A DNA stretch of 64,000 nt from Armatimonadota bacterium (GTDB lineage: Bacteria > Armatimonadota > Fimbriimonadia > Fimbriimonadales > GBS-DC). Positions 1 through 9,384 of the stretch are shown in pieces. Position 1 is the first letter of the stretch. Every line of letters starts with the position of its first letter. The stretch covers positions 28,340 to 92,339 of the forward strand of contig JBBIJY010000012.1 of assembly GCA_037445735.1 (NCBI GenBank), in the 5' to 3' direction. The translations under genes were made by a program, and so were the position numbers. The notes beneath the pieces are model-generated. The model searched no databases, had not been told where the DNA came from, and saw nothing but the letters and a program-made list of their open reading frames with translations.

Positions 1-475
1 CCCCTGTCGTGCTGCCGACCCATTCAATGCCGCCTGTGGTGCCGCCGTTGCCCCCGATAGGCGCGGTCGTGCCGTTATCGCGCACACCCAGCGTGATATA
101 AAAGTCGGGCGTGCCCGACGGCACATAGATGTAGAACACCAGCAGGTACGCAAAATCCAGCGCCGGGTTCGGCACCACATTCGCGTTGAAGGTGGTCAGG
201 CGCAGCCACGCATTGGTCGCACCAGTGAACTGCCAGGAGACCTTCAGCGATTGGGAGCCACCAGAAGTGTGATTTTGCTCGCTGGAAACAATGGAGAGGT
301 TAGGGGTTGCCGCCAGAAAGCTGCTGGTTGAACCGGAGAAGCGCGGCGCACGGAACATCACCTCCTGCTGCCCCAGTGTCGCCGATTCGAAATCATAAAT
401 CGGGAACACCTGCGCCCATATCGACGCAAGGCTCAACCCCAACAAACCCATCAGTGTCAGCATGCGTTTCATCAT
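1..475 (-). CDS. Secreted protein of unknown function (runs off the window start; not in the ORF track)
   Basis: Manual translation MMKRMLTLMGLLGLSLASIWAQVFPIYDFES..., open to position 1. Signal-peptide-like N-terminus; RBS GAAAGGAGG at 481-489 on the minus strand. Confidence 0.8.
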   Translation of the reverse strand, partial: MMKRMLTLMGLLGLSLASIWAQVFPIYDFESATLGQQEVMFRAPRFSGSTSSFLAATPNLSIVSSEQNHTSGGSQSLKVSWQFTGATNAWLRLTTFNANVVPNPALDFAYLLVFYIYVPSGTPDFYITLGVRDNGTTAPIGGNGGTTGGIEWVGSTTG

Positions 476-672
476 TCGAACCTCCTTTCCCCCAGAGAAG
501 GGGGCATGAATTAATGACTCAAAAGCGTATGGAAAGCGGACAGATCCCGCTGCTAACTGCCATTATACAACGGTTTTGCCCGCCGATGCCCTTGCGCATG
601 CCAGAACTGGTGATTTTACGGGGGCTTTAGAAAAGGTATCATGCTCACAGTTCGCAGGAGCAGGTGGCAGGG

Positions 673-1734
673 ATGGCGGTCAGGCTGTTGCACACCGCGG
701 ATGTGCATCTGGGACGGGCGTTCGGCTATCTGGGCGAACGCGCTGCCGAGCATCAGCAACGCCTGCTGCGCTCCTTCGAACGGCTCATTAACACCGCCCA
801 TCAGCATGAGTGCCACGCGATTCTGATTGCGGGCGACCTGTTCGACTCGCCGCGCATCGCTCGCCAGTGGATGAGCCGTGCTGTGGACTATCTCGGCGCG
901 ACGCGATTGCCCGTGCTGATTATCCCGGGCAACCACGACCCTGCGGATCGCCATCCGTTTCTGGAGCAGGCTCTGCCGCCGAATGTGCATTTTTTGCCCC
1001 GTGCCGGGCGTTATGAACTGCCCATGCTGGAACTGGACATCGTTGCCGGCCCTGCAGGCACTCAGCACGAGTGGGCGCGCCTGCTTGCGCGTGAGCCGAA
1101 TGGCGCACCGTTCCAGATCGCGCTGCTGCATGGCTCCCTGCCCACGCCCGACGGTCAGGGCGATCTCACACCCGCGATGATTGGTGCCAGCCAGCTGGAC
1201 TACATCGCGCTGGGCGACTGGCACTCCCCGCGCGACTGCTCCTGCAACGGCGTCGCCTGCTGGTACAGCGGTGCGCCCGAAATGATTCTGCCCGACCAGC
1301 AACTGCCCGGCAGGGTGCTGATTGTTAATCTGGAGCGTGGTCAGCCCGCGCAGGTGCAGGCGGTGCAGGTGGGGGAGGTATGCAACGCGATGCTGAGCCT
1401 CGAACTGGACGCTTTTGAGAACAGCCAGCAGCTGATGGAGGCGATTCGGGAACGGCTCACGCCTGCCACCGTCGCCCACCTGCGCCTCACGGGCAGGTGG
1501 CGCAGCCCCGAACCGCTGGACCCGCTGGAGCTCGAGCAACGACTGCAGCCGTTCTGCCTGTGGCTGAAGGTCGAATCGGCTTTTCAGATGGGCGAGCTTC
1601 AGGCGGGCAATCCGTTCGAGCAGGTGTTCGCGTCGGTCGTCGCCGAGCGCAAAGCGCAGGCGGCGCAACCCGCTGAACTGCTGGACGAGGTTCTGCAGCT
1701 CGGACTCTATCTGCTGCGGGGAGGGCGGCTCTGA
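673..1734 (+). CDS. Mre11/SbcD-like metallophosphoesterase DNA repair exonuclease (YhaO type)
   Basis: Motifs LHTADVHLG, AGDLFD, PGNHD and ALGDWH; stop overlaps the start of a Rad50-like ATPase. Confidence 0.9.
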   Translation: MAVRLLHTADVHLGRAFGYLGERAAEHQQRLLRSFERLINTAHQHECHAILIAGDLFDSPRIARQWMSRAVDYLGATRLPVLIIPGNHDPADRHPFLEQALPPNVHFLPRAGRYELPMLELDIVAGPAGTQHEWARLLAREPNGAPFQIALLHGSLPTPDGQGDLTPAMIGASQLDYIALGDWHSPRDCSCNGVACWYSGAPEMILPDQQLPGRVLIVNLERGQPAQVQAVQVGEVCNAMLSLELDAFENSQQLMEAIRERLTPATVAHLRLTGRWRSPEPLDPLELEQRLQPFCLWLKVESAFQMGELQAGNPFEQVFASVVAERKAQAAQPAELLDEVLQLGLYLLRGGRL

Positions 1735-3986
1735 TGCGGTTCGTGCGCCTGCGACTGGAAGGCTATCGCCGATTCCGCCAGCCATTTGAGTGTCAGTTTG
1801 GTGAGGGGCTGAACCTCATCTGCGGACCGAACGAATCGGGCAAAAGCACCCTGCTGAATGCGCTGCTGGACGCCCTCTATGCGAACCCGTTCAGCATGGC
1901 GCGGGAACTGAGCGAGCGCGTCGCCTTCGGGCACCCCGGCGGCTGGCAACTCTGGCTGGAGCTGGAGAGGGACGAGTGTCGGCTCTGCCTCTACAAACGC
2001 TACGCGCCCGATGACCCCGCCCGCCGCTCGGAGTTTAGGGTTGTTTCAAGCCCTCACCCCTTTTCCCCCTCTCCCAGCGCTGTGGGAGAGAGGGTTCTGC
2101 AATCCTTCTCTCCCACCCGTGGGGGAGAGAGCGCAGGTGAGGGGGCTATCGAAGGCAAAGCGGCATTACAGCGCTGGGAGCAGCTGTGGGGCGTACCGCG
2201 CGAGGTCTACCTCGCCACCGCCTGCATCCGCCAGCACGAGCTGAGCGCAATTGCCACTGACAAAAAGAGCCTCCGCTCGCTCCAGCAGCAACTGCGTGAG
2301 AACGCCCTCATGACCGACCTCGAACGCATCCTCAAGCTCCTGCAGGACGAAATCAGGTCGGTCGACAGGCAGCTGGAGAGCCTGCATCAGCAGCGAGCCG
2401 AGCGCACCACCGCACTCCAGCAGGCAGAGCAAGCCGCCCAGCAGATTCGCGAGCATCGCCAGCGCCTGCAGGCGCTCACCGAGCAAATCGCTCAAAGCCA
2501 GCAGCTCATCGAGCAGGAGCAGGCGCTGCTCGAACGCTGGCAGGCGATTCAGCACTGTGAGCGCGTGCGGACGGACGCCGAGCAGCTGCGGCGCGTGCTG
2601 GACACCCTCGAACGCATCGATTCGGAACTGCAACGCCTGCAAAACAGGCTCCAGCAGGAGTATGGATCGTTCCTTGCGCTGCCCGACAACTTCTATGAGC
2701 AACACATCCTGCCCCTTATCCAGCAGTATGAACGCACCGCTCGCGAGGAGCAGCAGGCGGAGGCACAGCTGCAGCAGTTGCGCCCGCACATCGAACGGCT
2801 GATTGCCCGCCAGCGAGCGCGAACAGGGCTGGGTGTGGCGGGCGTCGCGCTCGTGCTAACAGGCGTCTCGCTCGTGCCCGTGAATGGGCTGATTGGCGGC
2901 ATGCTGATTGGACTGGGCTGCCTCACGCTGCTACTGATGCTGCTGTGGCGACCTGCGAACGCCCGCGAGCTGGACAGCCAGCGTCGCCAGCTGGAGCAAC
3001 GGCTCGAAGACGCCCGCCAGCAACGCCAGAGCGCCCAGCGACGACTGCTCGCGATGCTCCCGCAAGAGGACAGGTTCGAACCCGACACCAGCGGCGCGGT
3101 GGATCACCTCATTGAACGGTTTCGGGAGCGTTATCAGCAGTATCGGCGGCTGTGCAGCGAGCGGGAGAACCTGCAGAGCCAGCGCGAGGGGCTATTGCAA
3201 GCGCATGACCCTGACCAGCTGCGCCAGCGATGGAGCCAGCTCGCCATCGAACTGCACGCGCGGGAGAGCGAGCTGAGCCGCGACCCGCTGACAGAGCAGC
3301 TTGCAGACCGTCCGCCTGAAGAGTGGCTCCAGCGCCAGCGCCATCTGCAGGCGTTGCTCGCCGAACAGGAGCAGGCAATTCAGGAGAAGCTGCGCCTGGA
3401 AGGCGCCCTGAACCAGCTCCAGCTCGAACATGACCCTGCCGAGCTGCGCCTGCAGCGCTGGCGGCTGGAGGAGCAGATCACCGCGCTGGAGCGTCGCCTC
3501 GAACGGCTCCGGCTCACGCGCGAACTGCTGCTGGAGGCGAACCGCCGTTATTTGAGCGACTTAAGCCCGCTGTTGAAACCGCGTATAGAAATCTATCTGC
3601 CCGCGCTGACCTGCGGACGCTACACGCAGGTGCAGATGGGCGATGGGCTGCTCTTTCAGGTGTATCATCCGCAGGCGGGCGACTGGCTGGACGCCGATCC
3701 GCACGAATCGGGCTGGAGCGCGGGCACGCTCGATCAAATCTTCTTCGCGTGCCGATTGGGTCTGTGCGACGCGCTCGCTGGCGACCGCCGCCTGCCCCTG
3801 CTGTTAGATGACCCGTTTCTTGCTTTCGATTCGGAGCGGTTGCAGGCGGCGATGGAACTGCTCACCCGCATAACGCAACACACGCAGGTGCTGCTGTTCA
3901 CCTGCCGCCTGCCCGATTCTCTACCGCCCGATGTGAACCTTATCGAACTGCCGGCGCCTGCGGATCACCAGTCGCGCGCCCAGTAG
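1734..3986 (+). CDS. Rad50/SbcC-like SMC-family ATPase (YhaN type) with central hydrophobic hairpin
   Basis: Walker A GPNESGKST, long coiled coil, signature WSAGTLDQ, Walker B/D-loop LLLDDPFLAFD. Confidence 0.9.
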   Translation: MRFVRLRLEGYRRFRQPFECQFGEGLNLICGPNESGKSTLLNALLDALYANPFSMARELSERVAFGHPGGWQLWLELERDECRLCLYKRYAPDDPARRSEFRVVSSPHPFSPSPSAVGERVLQSFSPTRGGESAGEGAIEGKAALQRWEQLWGVPREVYLATACIRQHELSAIATDKKSLRSLQQQLRENALMTDLERILKLLQDEIRSVDRQLESLHQQRAERTTALQQAEQAAQQIREHRQRLQALTEQIAQSQQLIEQEQALLERWQAIQHCERVRTDAEQLRRVLDTLERIDSELQRLQNRLQQEYGSFLALPDNFYEQHILPLIQQYERTAREEQQAEAQLQQLRPHIERLIARQRARTGLGVAGVALVLTGVSLVPVNGLIGGMLIGLGCLTLLLMLLWRPANARELDSQRRQLEQRLEDARQQRQSAQRRLLAMLPQEDRFEPDTSGAVDHLIERFRERYQQYRRLCSERENLQSQREGLLQAHDPDQLRQRWSQLAIELHARESELSRDPLTEQLADRPPEEWLQRQRHLQALLAEQEQAIQEKLRLEGALNQLQLEHDPAELRLQRWRLEEQITALERRLERLRLTRELLLEANRRYLSDLSPLLKPRIEIYLPALTCGRYTQVQMGDGLLFQVYHPQAGDWLDADPHESGWSAGTLDQIFFACRLGLCDALAGDRRLPLLLDDPFLAFDSERLQAAMELLTRITQHTQVLLFTCRLPDSLPPDVNLIELPAPADHQSRAQ
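2050..2146. repeat. Palindromic repeat element inserted in-frame in the Rad50-like gene
   Basis: GCCCTCACC...GGTGAGGGGGC ends with two internal CTCTCCC..GGGAGAG hairpins; same family as the intergenic copies; encodes SPHPFSPSPSAVGERVLQSFSPTRGGESAGEG. Confidence 0.8.
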
Positions 3987-4166
3987 CGATTGTCGGTCGC
4001 CTCGCCGCGCCAGTCGCCGCTGATGGAGGCGTAGCTGCGGTGATACCAGCGCGTGGTGGGCAACAGTCTCCCAGTGCTCTCTCGATGCCTGCAGGAAACA
4101 CCTTAAAGACAGGGTATAATGCAAGTGCTGGAGGGATAGGGCTGTCCAGCGAGAAGGAGGTTCGCT

Positions 4167-4967
4167 ATGAGAAAAGCCGGATTCACACTCATTGAGCTGC
4201 TGGTCGTGATTGCGATTATCGCCATTCTGGCGGCGATATTGTTCCCTGTGTTTGCCCAGGCGCGCGAGAAAGCGCGCCAGACAACATGCACCTCCAACAT
4301 GAAGCAGATGCTTATCTCTGCGTTCATGTACCAGCAGGACTACGAGGAGAAGTTCCATCGCCTGCTGAGTGGCGAGCGTCGGTTTAACAACGATCCTAAC
4401 GGACCCGATCAGGCGTTTGGAGCTGAGGATATGCTGATGCCCTATGTGAAGAATCGGGGCGTTTTCTCCTGTCCCAGCGATAATGTGCCCCGCGACGACT
4501 GCACAGGTCCTGCAGGTATCTGGTTTCCAATCAGTTATTCCTGGACGCACTACCAGAGCGGTGCGTGGCACGATTCAGCCACCTTTGGAGTTTGTGCGTA
4601 CTATGCCAGCGAGGACTCGCGTCCAACCGCTGTGATTGGGCGTCCTGCGGAGACCATCGTGCTGTATGAACTCTGGACCACTGTGAGTTACGGACGGTAT
4701 ATGGCATACTGGCGCTGGGATAATCGCAACATTGCCGATCCGAGCTGGCCCGATGCGCCCAACACCTTCTGCTTCAACTGGTGTGGTAACTGCGATGCTC
4801 GCATGACCATCGGCGCCCATCAGAAGCTAACCAACTTTGGCTTTGCCGATGGGCATACCAAGCCGATGAACCGCAAGTCGATCATGTACTGGCCCTGGGA
4901 TCAAACTGCAGCCCAGCAACTGCGCCGTAATCTGATCCACTGGGACGAACGCTACAAGGGGAACTGA
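4167..4967 (+). CDS. Prepilin-type N-terminal cleavage/methylation protein with DUF1559-like region and C-terminal H-X9-DG motif
   Basis: [41 protein letters not shown]-terminal [13 protein letters not shown]. Confidence 0.9.
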   Translation: MRKAGFTLIELLVVIAIIAILAAILFPVFAQAREKARQTTCTSNMKQMLISAFMYQQDYEEKFHRLLSGERRFNNDPNGPDQAFGAEDMLMPYVKNRGVFSCPSDNVPRDDCTGPAGIWFPISYSWTHYQSGAWHDSATFGVCAYYASEDSRPTAVIGRPAETIVLYELWTTVSYGRYMAYWRWDNRNIADPSWPDAPNTFCFNWCGNCDARMTIGAHQKLTNFGFADGHTKPMNRKSIMYWPWDQTAAQQLRRNLIHWDERYKGN

Positions 4968-4968
4968 C

Positions 4969-5187
4969 ATGGACGATCGCACGAAACTGATCGCGCTGAT
5001 TGTGCTGGTGGTGCTGGCGGTGGCGGTGGCTGCCTACTCGGGCTATCGTTCCTTCCGACAGGAGCAGGGCGAGGTCAAAGGGCGGATTGAGCTCTTTCCT
5101 GGCGGCAAGAAAGGCGCAATGGAACGCCAGATGGAGGAGCAGGGACCACCTGCCCAGGCACCACGATACCCCACAGGCGGACGCTGA
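4969..5187 (+). CDS. Small single-TM membrane protein following the prepilin gene
   Basis: 72 aa with N-terminal hydrophobic helix; starts 1 nt after the upstream stop. Confidence 0.7.
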   Translation: MDDRTKLIALIVLVVLAVAVAAYSGYRSFRQEQGEVKGRIELFPGGKKGAMERQMEEQGPPAQAPRYPTGGR

Positions 5188-5321
5188 AGAGGTTCTACCC
5201 TGTGAGGGCTGCAAACCGATTCACACGGCTCCCGAAGCTTCGTTTTTTTTGAAGGAAACGGGTTCGGGACAGTGTATTTCTACAGGAGGATGGGGCATCC
5301 TGTAGTGAAGGAGGTTCAACG

Positions 5322-6263
5322 ATGAGGCGGCATGGTTTTACGCTGATAGAGTTGCTGGTCGTGATTGCGATTATCGCCATTCTGGCGGCGATATTGTTCC
5401 CCGTATTTGCGCGGGCGCGGGAGAGCGCTCGCAAGACCCAGTGCCTGAACAATCTGCGTCAGCTGGGCAACGCTGTGACGATGTATATTCAGGACTACGA
5501 TGAATATTTCCCTGAACTGGTCAGCGGCGGGTGCTGGGGGCGCGGCACCATCGCCAATTCGCTCTGGTCGCGCCAGATCTATCCCTATGTCAAAAATAAG
5601 GGCGTCTTTCTCTGTCCTTCCGCCGCGATTGCACGGGCAGGCTTTCGATTCATGGCGAATGTGCCCGTGCCCGAAGACCCCGAGATTAATCCTCCGCCCT
5701 GTGGGAATCAGCATACCGACCGACGCGCGATGCCCATCGGGATGAACAAGTTTTTTGCCCCCTACTGGCAGTGCGATCGAACAACTGACCCTGGTTGCTC
5801 GGCTTACTGGGAACCCTGTGACGCGCCTGGCGGCTGTGATGCGGGCTGCCCGCAACACTATGTGCATTCAGCCCGTATCCGCGAATCTGCCAAAATGGTG
5901 CTGTTTACCGATGGGGTGACGGACTGCGCCGGAGGCGGCGGCTACTGGATCAATCCCTCTGGACCTGTCAACACCTGGTTCAGTATTTCGGGACGCCATG
6001 AGGGGCACAATATTACTTTCACCGATGGGCACTCCAAGTGGTTCCCCGTGCGCCGCGACCCCCAGATCGAGCAGTTGGCAGGGGATAACCGCGTTCGAAT
6101 CTCTGTCACCCAGCATCGCGGCATGGTCGTCCAGCGAGTGAGCAGTAATACGCAGAACTTCACCTGCGTCAATTTCAACGCTGCCGATGTTCACTGGAAT
6201 GTGATGACCGCCTATCCGGGCGATAACCAGACCATCGACAACATGTGCAAACCGACAATGTGA
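5322..6263 (+). CDS. Second prepilin-type/DUF1559/H-X9-DG-like protein, Cys-rich variable region
   Basis: [53 protein letters not shown]; strong RBS. Confidence 0.9.
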   Translation: MRRHGFTLIELLVVIAIIAILAAILFPVFARARESARKTQCLNNLRQLGNAVTMYIQDYDEYFPELVSGGCWGRGTIANSLWSRQIYPYVKNKGVFLCPSAAIARAGFRFMANVPVPEDPEINPPPCGNQHTDRRAMPIGMNKFFAPYWQCDRTTDPGCSAYWEPCDAPGGCDAGCPQHYVHSARIRESAKMVLFTDGVTDCAGGGGYWINPSGPVNTWFSISGRHEGHNITFTDGHSKWFPVRRDPQIEQLAGDNRVRISVTQHRGMVVQRVSSNTQNFTCVNFNAADVHWNVMTAYPGDNQTIDNMCKPTM

Positions 6264-6310
6264 GCCTGTGGGTGAGAGCGTCTGCTCTCACCCCATCAAC
6301 AGGAGGTCAG

Positions 6311-6508
6311 ATGATGAAGCGGGAGGTACCAACCTGGGTATTTGTGATACTGGTAGCGCTGGCGATTGCGCTGGCGGGCTGGTGGCTCTGGAGCAGCACG
6401 GGTAGTTCGCGCGAGGATCAGGTTGTGCGCAAAACTTTCGGTAGTGAGGCGCAGCGCGCGCCCGGCGCGAACCAGCCCGGCACCGCTCAGGGCGCTGATG
6501 CCCCCTGA
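6311..6508 (+). CDS. Small single-TM membrane protein following the second prepilin gene
   Basis: RBS AGGAGG at 6301, then MMKREVPTWVFVILVALAIALAGWWLW. Confidence 0.7.
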   Translation: MMKREVPTWVFVILVALAIALAGWWLWSSTGSSREDQVVRKTFGSEAQRAPGANQPGTAQGADAP

Positions 6509-6538
6509 GATAAGGGCGTACGGCAGTCCGCCACTGGC

Positions 6539-7327
6539 TTATCGCTTCAGGTCTTTGGCGACCGCCAGCATTTCGTCGGCGGTCTGAATGGCGCGCGAGT
6601 TCACCTCGTAGGCTCGCTGTGCCATGATCAGGCGTACCATCTCCTCCACAATCTGCACATTGGACGCCTCCAGACTGCCGCCGCTCAGTTCGCCCAGCCC
6701 GTTGGTGCCCGGCGTGCCTTCGATGGCTTCGCCGGAGGCGGGCGTGGCGCGATAGAGGTTCAGCCCGATACGGCTCAGCCCCGCCGGGTTCACGAAGCGC
6801 ACCAGCGTGATCTGTCCGATTTCCTCCAGCCCTTCCTGCCCGCCGCGCCGAACAGAGAGGGTGCCGTCGCGTCCCACCTGGATTTCCTGGACATCGGGCG
6901 GGATGATAATCTCAGGCTCCAGCGGGTAGCCCATTGAGGTGACGAGCCGACCCTGGCTGTCCAGTTTGAAGCCGCCATCGCGCGTGTAGGCGATGCTCCC
7001 ATCGGGCATCAGCACCTTGAAGAAGCCATCGCCCTCAATCGCCATGTCGAGCGGATTGCCCGTGACCTGCAGGGCGCCAGGCGTGAACAGCCCGTAGGTG
7101 GCGGCAGGACGCGCGCCCAGACCGACCTGCAGACCGCTGGGCACCTGCGCCCCGCCCGCCACGCTCGCGCCTGCAGGACGCAGAGTCTGATAGATCAAAT
7201 CCTCAAAATCGGCGCGTACCGACTTGAAGCCCGTCGTGTTTACATTCGCCAGATTGTTCGCAATCACATCGATATTAAACTGCTGCGTTTCCATTCCTGT
7301 CGCTGCCGTGTGCAGTGCGCGTATCAT
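6539..7327 (-). CDS. flgG: Flagellar basal-body rod protein FlgG
   Basis: [12 protein letters not shown]...[56 protein letters not shown]. Confidence 0.93.
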   Translation of the reverse strand: MIRALHTAATGMETQQFNIDVIANNLANVNTTGFKSVRADFEDLIYQTLRPAGASVAGGAQVPSGLQVGLGARPAATYGLFTPGALQVTGNPLDMAIEGDGFFKVLMPDGSIAYTRDGGFKLDSQGRLVTSMGYPLEPEIIIPPDVQEIQVGRDGTLSVRRGGQEGLEEIGQITLVRFVNPAGLSRIGLNLYRATPASGEAIEGTPGTNGLGELSGGSLEASNVQIVEEMVRLIMAQRAYEVNSRAIQTADEMLAVAKDLKR

Positions 7328-7348
7328 CGCCATCACCTCACTGTTAGA

Positions 7349-7442
7349 TGCCCCTCACCCGTACCCTCTCCCCAGAGGGGAGAGGGTTTGGGTTATATGG
7401 GTGCCCCTCACCCGTACCCTCTCCCCAGAGGGGAGAGGGGGG
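7349..7442. repeat. Two direct copies of the palindromic repeat between flgF and flgG
   Basis: TGCCCCTCACCCGTACCCTCTCCCCAGAGGGGAGAGGG occurs at 7349 and 7402. Confidence 0.9.
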
Positions 7443-7444
7443 AT

Positions 7445-8167
7445 TTAAATGCGTGCGAGTTCGTTAATGGCGCGGGCGAGGGTTTCGTCCTGCGCCTGAA
7501 TCGTTTTCTGATGGGTCTCATAGGCGCGCAGATACTCGATCATTTCTACCATCTCGCGCACGATGTTCACATTGGACGCTTCGAGCGTGCCTGTGGCGAT
7601 GCGTGGGTTGGGCACGGGTGTGGCGTTGCCGACAAGCCAGCCGTCGGGGTCTTTGCGCAGATTGCCCTGCACGATGAGCAGTTTATCGAGCACCCTCCCA
7701 TCAGCGCGAACGGTGCCATCCTCACCGATCTGGAGTGTAGCCGTGCGCGGGATGCGAATCGTGCCCCGAACGCCCAGCACGGGGAACCCCTCGCGCGTGA
7801 CGAGCGTGCCATCGGCATTCAGTGAGAACGCACCGTTGCGCGTGTAGCGCACGCCAGCGGGCGTTTGCACCGCGAAGTAGCCTTCACCATCAATAGCCAC
7901 ATCAAGCGGGTTGCCTGTGGGCATCAGGGGTCCAGGCTGGAGAACTGTATAGGTGGTGGCGAGCCGTGCGCCGGCGGAGAGGCTGCCAATAGGCTGGCTG
8001 TACGCACCCTCCACGCGATAAAGCGCGCGTTCATAGGCGGTCTCAAAAACGGGTCGGTCGGCTTTGAAGCCGCTGGTGTTCACATTTGCCAGATTCGCCG
8101 CGAGCACATCCTGTGCTTTCTGTCGGGCAGCCATTCCTTCGGCTGCCACATACAGCCCGCGTATCAT
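7445..8167 (-). CDS. flgF: Flagellar basal-body rod protein FlgF
   Basis: AANLANVNTSGFK, TGNPLDVAIDGEGYF, YTRNG, LEASNVNIVREMVEMI; directly upstream of flgG. Confidence 0.85.
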   Translation of the reverse strand: MIRGLYVAAEGMAARQKAQDVLAANLANVNTSGFKADRPVFETAYERALYRVEGAYSQPIGSLSAGARLATTYTVLQPGPLMPTGNPLDVAIDGEGYFAVQTPAGVRYTRNGAFSLNADGTLVTREGFPVLGVRGTIRIPRTATLQIGEDGTVRADGRVLDKLLIVQGNLRKDPDGWLVGNATPVPNPRIATGTLEASNVNIVREMVEMIEYLRAYETHQKTIQAQDETLARAINELARI

Positions 8168-8176
8168 CAGCCAGCA

Positions 8177-8204
8177 TTATCGGCAAAGCCTCGCCGCCTC
8201 TCTA
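8177..8204 (-). promoter_or_regulatory. Sigma-28 (FliA)-type promoter for flgF-flgG
   Basis: Minus strand TAGA-N16-GCCGATAA, ending 9 nt before the flgF ATG. Confidence 0.7.
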
Positions 8205-8236
8205 CCCTCTCCAAGCGATGGCACATGAGAGGGCAA

Positions 8237-9259
8237 TCAGCTGGATGGGGACTGGCTCATCTGCTGAAGTGCCTGCTCAAAGGCGTCCATGGTCTCTGCT
8301 CGCGCCGCTGCTTCGCTCAATGCCTCCAGCGTCTCCAGTGAATCAATCTGCTTCAGCGCTCGCTCTACCCGACGCGGCACCCTGCCAAAACGCGCCCGCA
8401 ACACTTTCAAGGTCGCACGCAACAGTCCCTGTTGCAGTCCCTGTTGCAGTCCCTGTTGCAGTCCCTGTTGCAGTCCCTCCTCCAGACCCTGACGCGCCCC
8501 GCGCTCCAGCGCAAAACGCTCCAGACTGGTCAGCTTTGGCAGCCGCTGTTCGCGCGCGACCTCCCGAACAATCTCCTCCACCTGTGCCTCTAACTCTCGT
8601 GGCAGCGCCATCAGATAATCCACCACCCTGTACAGATTCGCCACATCATCCGCATTATACCCGCGCTCCGCCAGCTGCCGTATCAACCGCACCTTCTCCA
8701 CGAACAGCAACTGCACATCTCCACGCGCCCGCAACGCCCGCAAGTGTGCCAGCACCACCAGCGCAAACGGATTGGAGCTGCTCTCCAGCGCCGACTCCTC
8801 AATGTCCAGCAACTTCACCGTTGGGAAGCGAAAGCTCAGCTCACAACCTGCCAGCGAACGCTCAAAGCGGTCAGGACGCCAGTGAGGGTCGGCATCGGCT
8901 AAAATGGCAAGACTGATAACTTCGCCAAAGTGGGTGATGTCAAAAATGCGGTATTGATAGACGAACATGCGCAGGGGGAACTGGGGATCGGGTTGCGCCT
9001 GGATTTCGATATGGAGATAGACGAGGCGCGGATGTCCGTCTTTGAACCGTACCTGTGCCAGCACATCGACGAAGCGTCGGTGCGCCTGCGATTCGGGGCG
9101 GATTTTGCGCAGTTCGGTGTTGAGGAAGGTTGGAGGTTGTGTCCAGTCGATGAGTGCGTGCAGGTGCGGGAAGAGCAGCAGGAGGCACTGTTGCAGGAAG
9201 GTCTGCACCGCAAACTTCCACGCACTATCAAAGTCGATTCTGGCTCCGCCTTTGCGCAT
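8237..9259 (-). CDS. Rpn/YhgA-like PD-(D/E)XK nuclease-family protein with GLQQ repeats and DUF4351-like tail
   Basis: FDSAWK, VDVLAQV, LHIEIQ, RMFVYQYRIFD, SNPFALVVLAHL; start placed at MRKGG. Confidence 0.8.
   Translation of the reverse strand: MRKGGARIDFDSAWKFAVQTFLQQCLLLLFPHLHALIDWTQPPTFLNTELRKIRPESQAHRRFVDVLAQVRFKDGHPRLVYLHIEIQAQPDPQFPLRMFVYQYRIFDITHFGEVISLAILADADPHWRPDRFERSLAGCELSFRFPTVKLLDIEESALESSSNPFALVVLAHLRALRARGDVQLLFVEKVRLIRQLAERGYNADDVANLYRVVDYLMALPRELEAQVEEIVREVAREQRLPKLTSLERFALERGARQGLEEGLQQGLQQGLQQGLQQGLLRATLKVLRARFGRVPRRVERALKQIDSLETLEALSEAAARAETMDAFEQALQQMSQSPSS
8423..8478. repeat. 12-bp tandem repeat (CAGTCCCTGTTG x4 plus partial) encoding GLQQ
   Basis: Directly visible in the sequence. 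Confidence 0.95.
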
Positions 9260-9384
9260 GCAGCGACGATTCGCCAGAAATCGACGGCTTCCTGCATCGC
9301 GTGGTTGGGCGACTGCAGCCACCCGGCGGGTATAATCCCCCTGCAAGTTTGACCGACGAGTCAGAATGGAGGAGGCAACCGACG

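Noticed and set aside
4167-6263. Diversity-generating retroelement acting on the prepilins
   Set aside because: No reverse transcriptase and no template/variable repeat pair differing at adenines.
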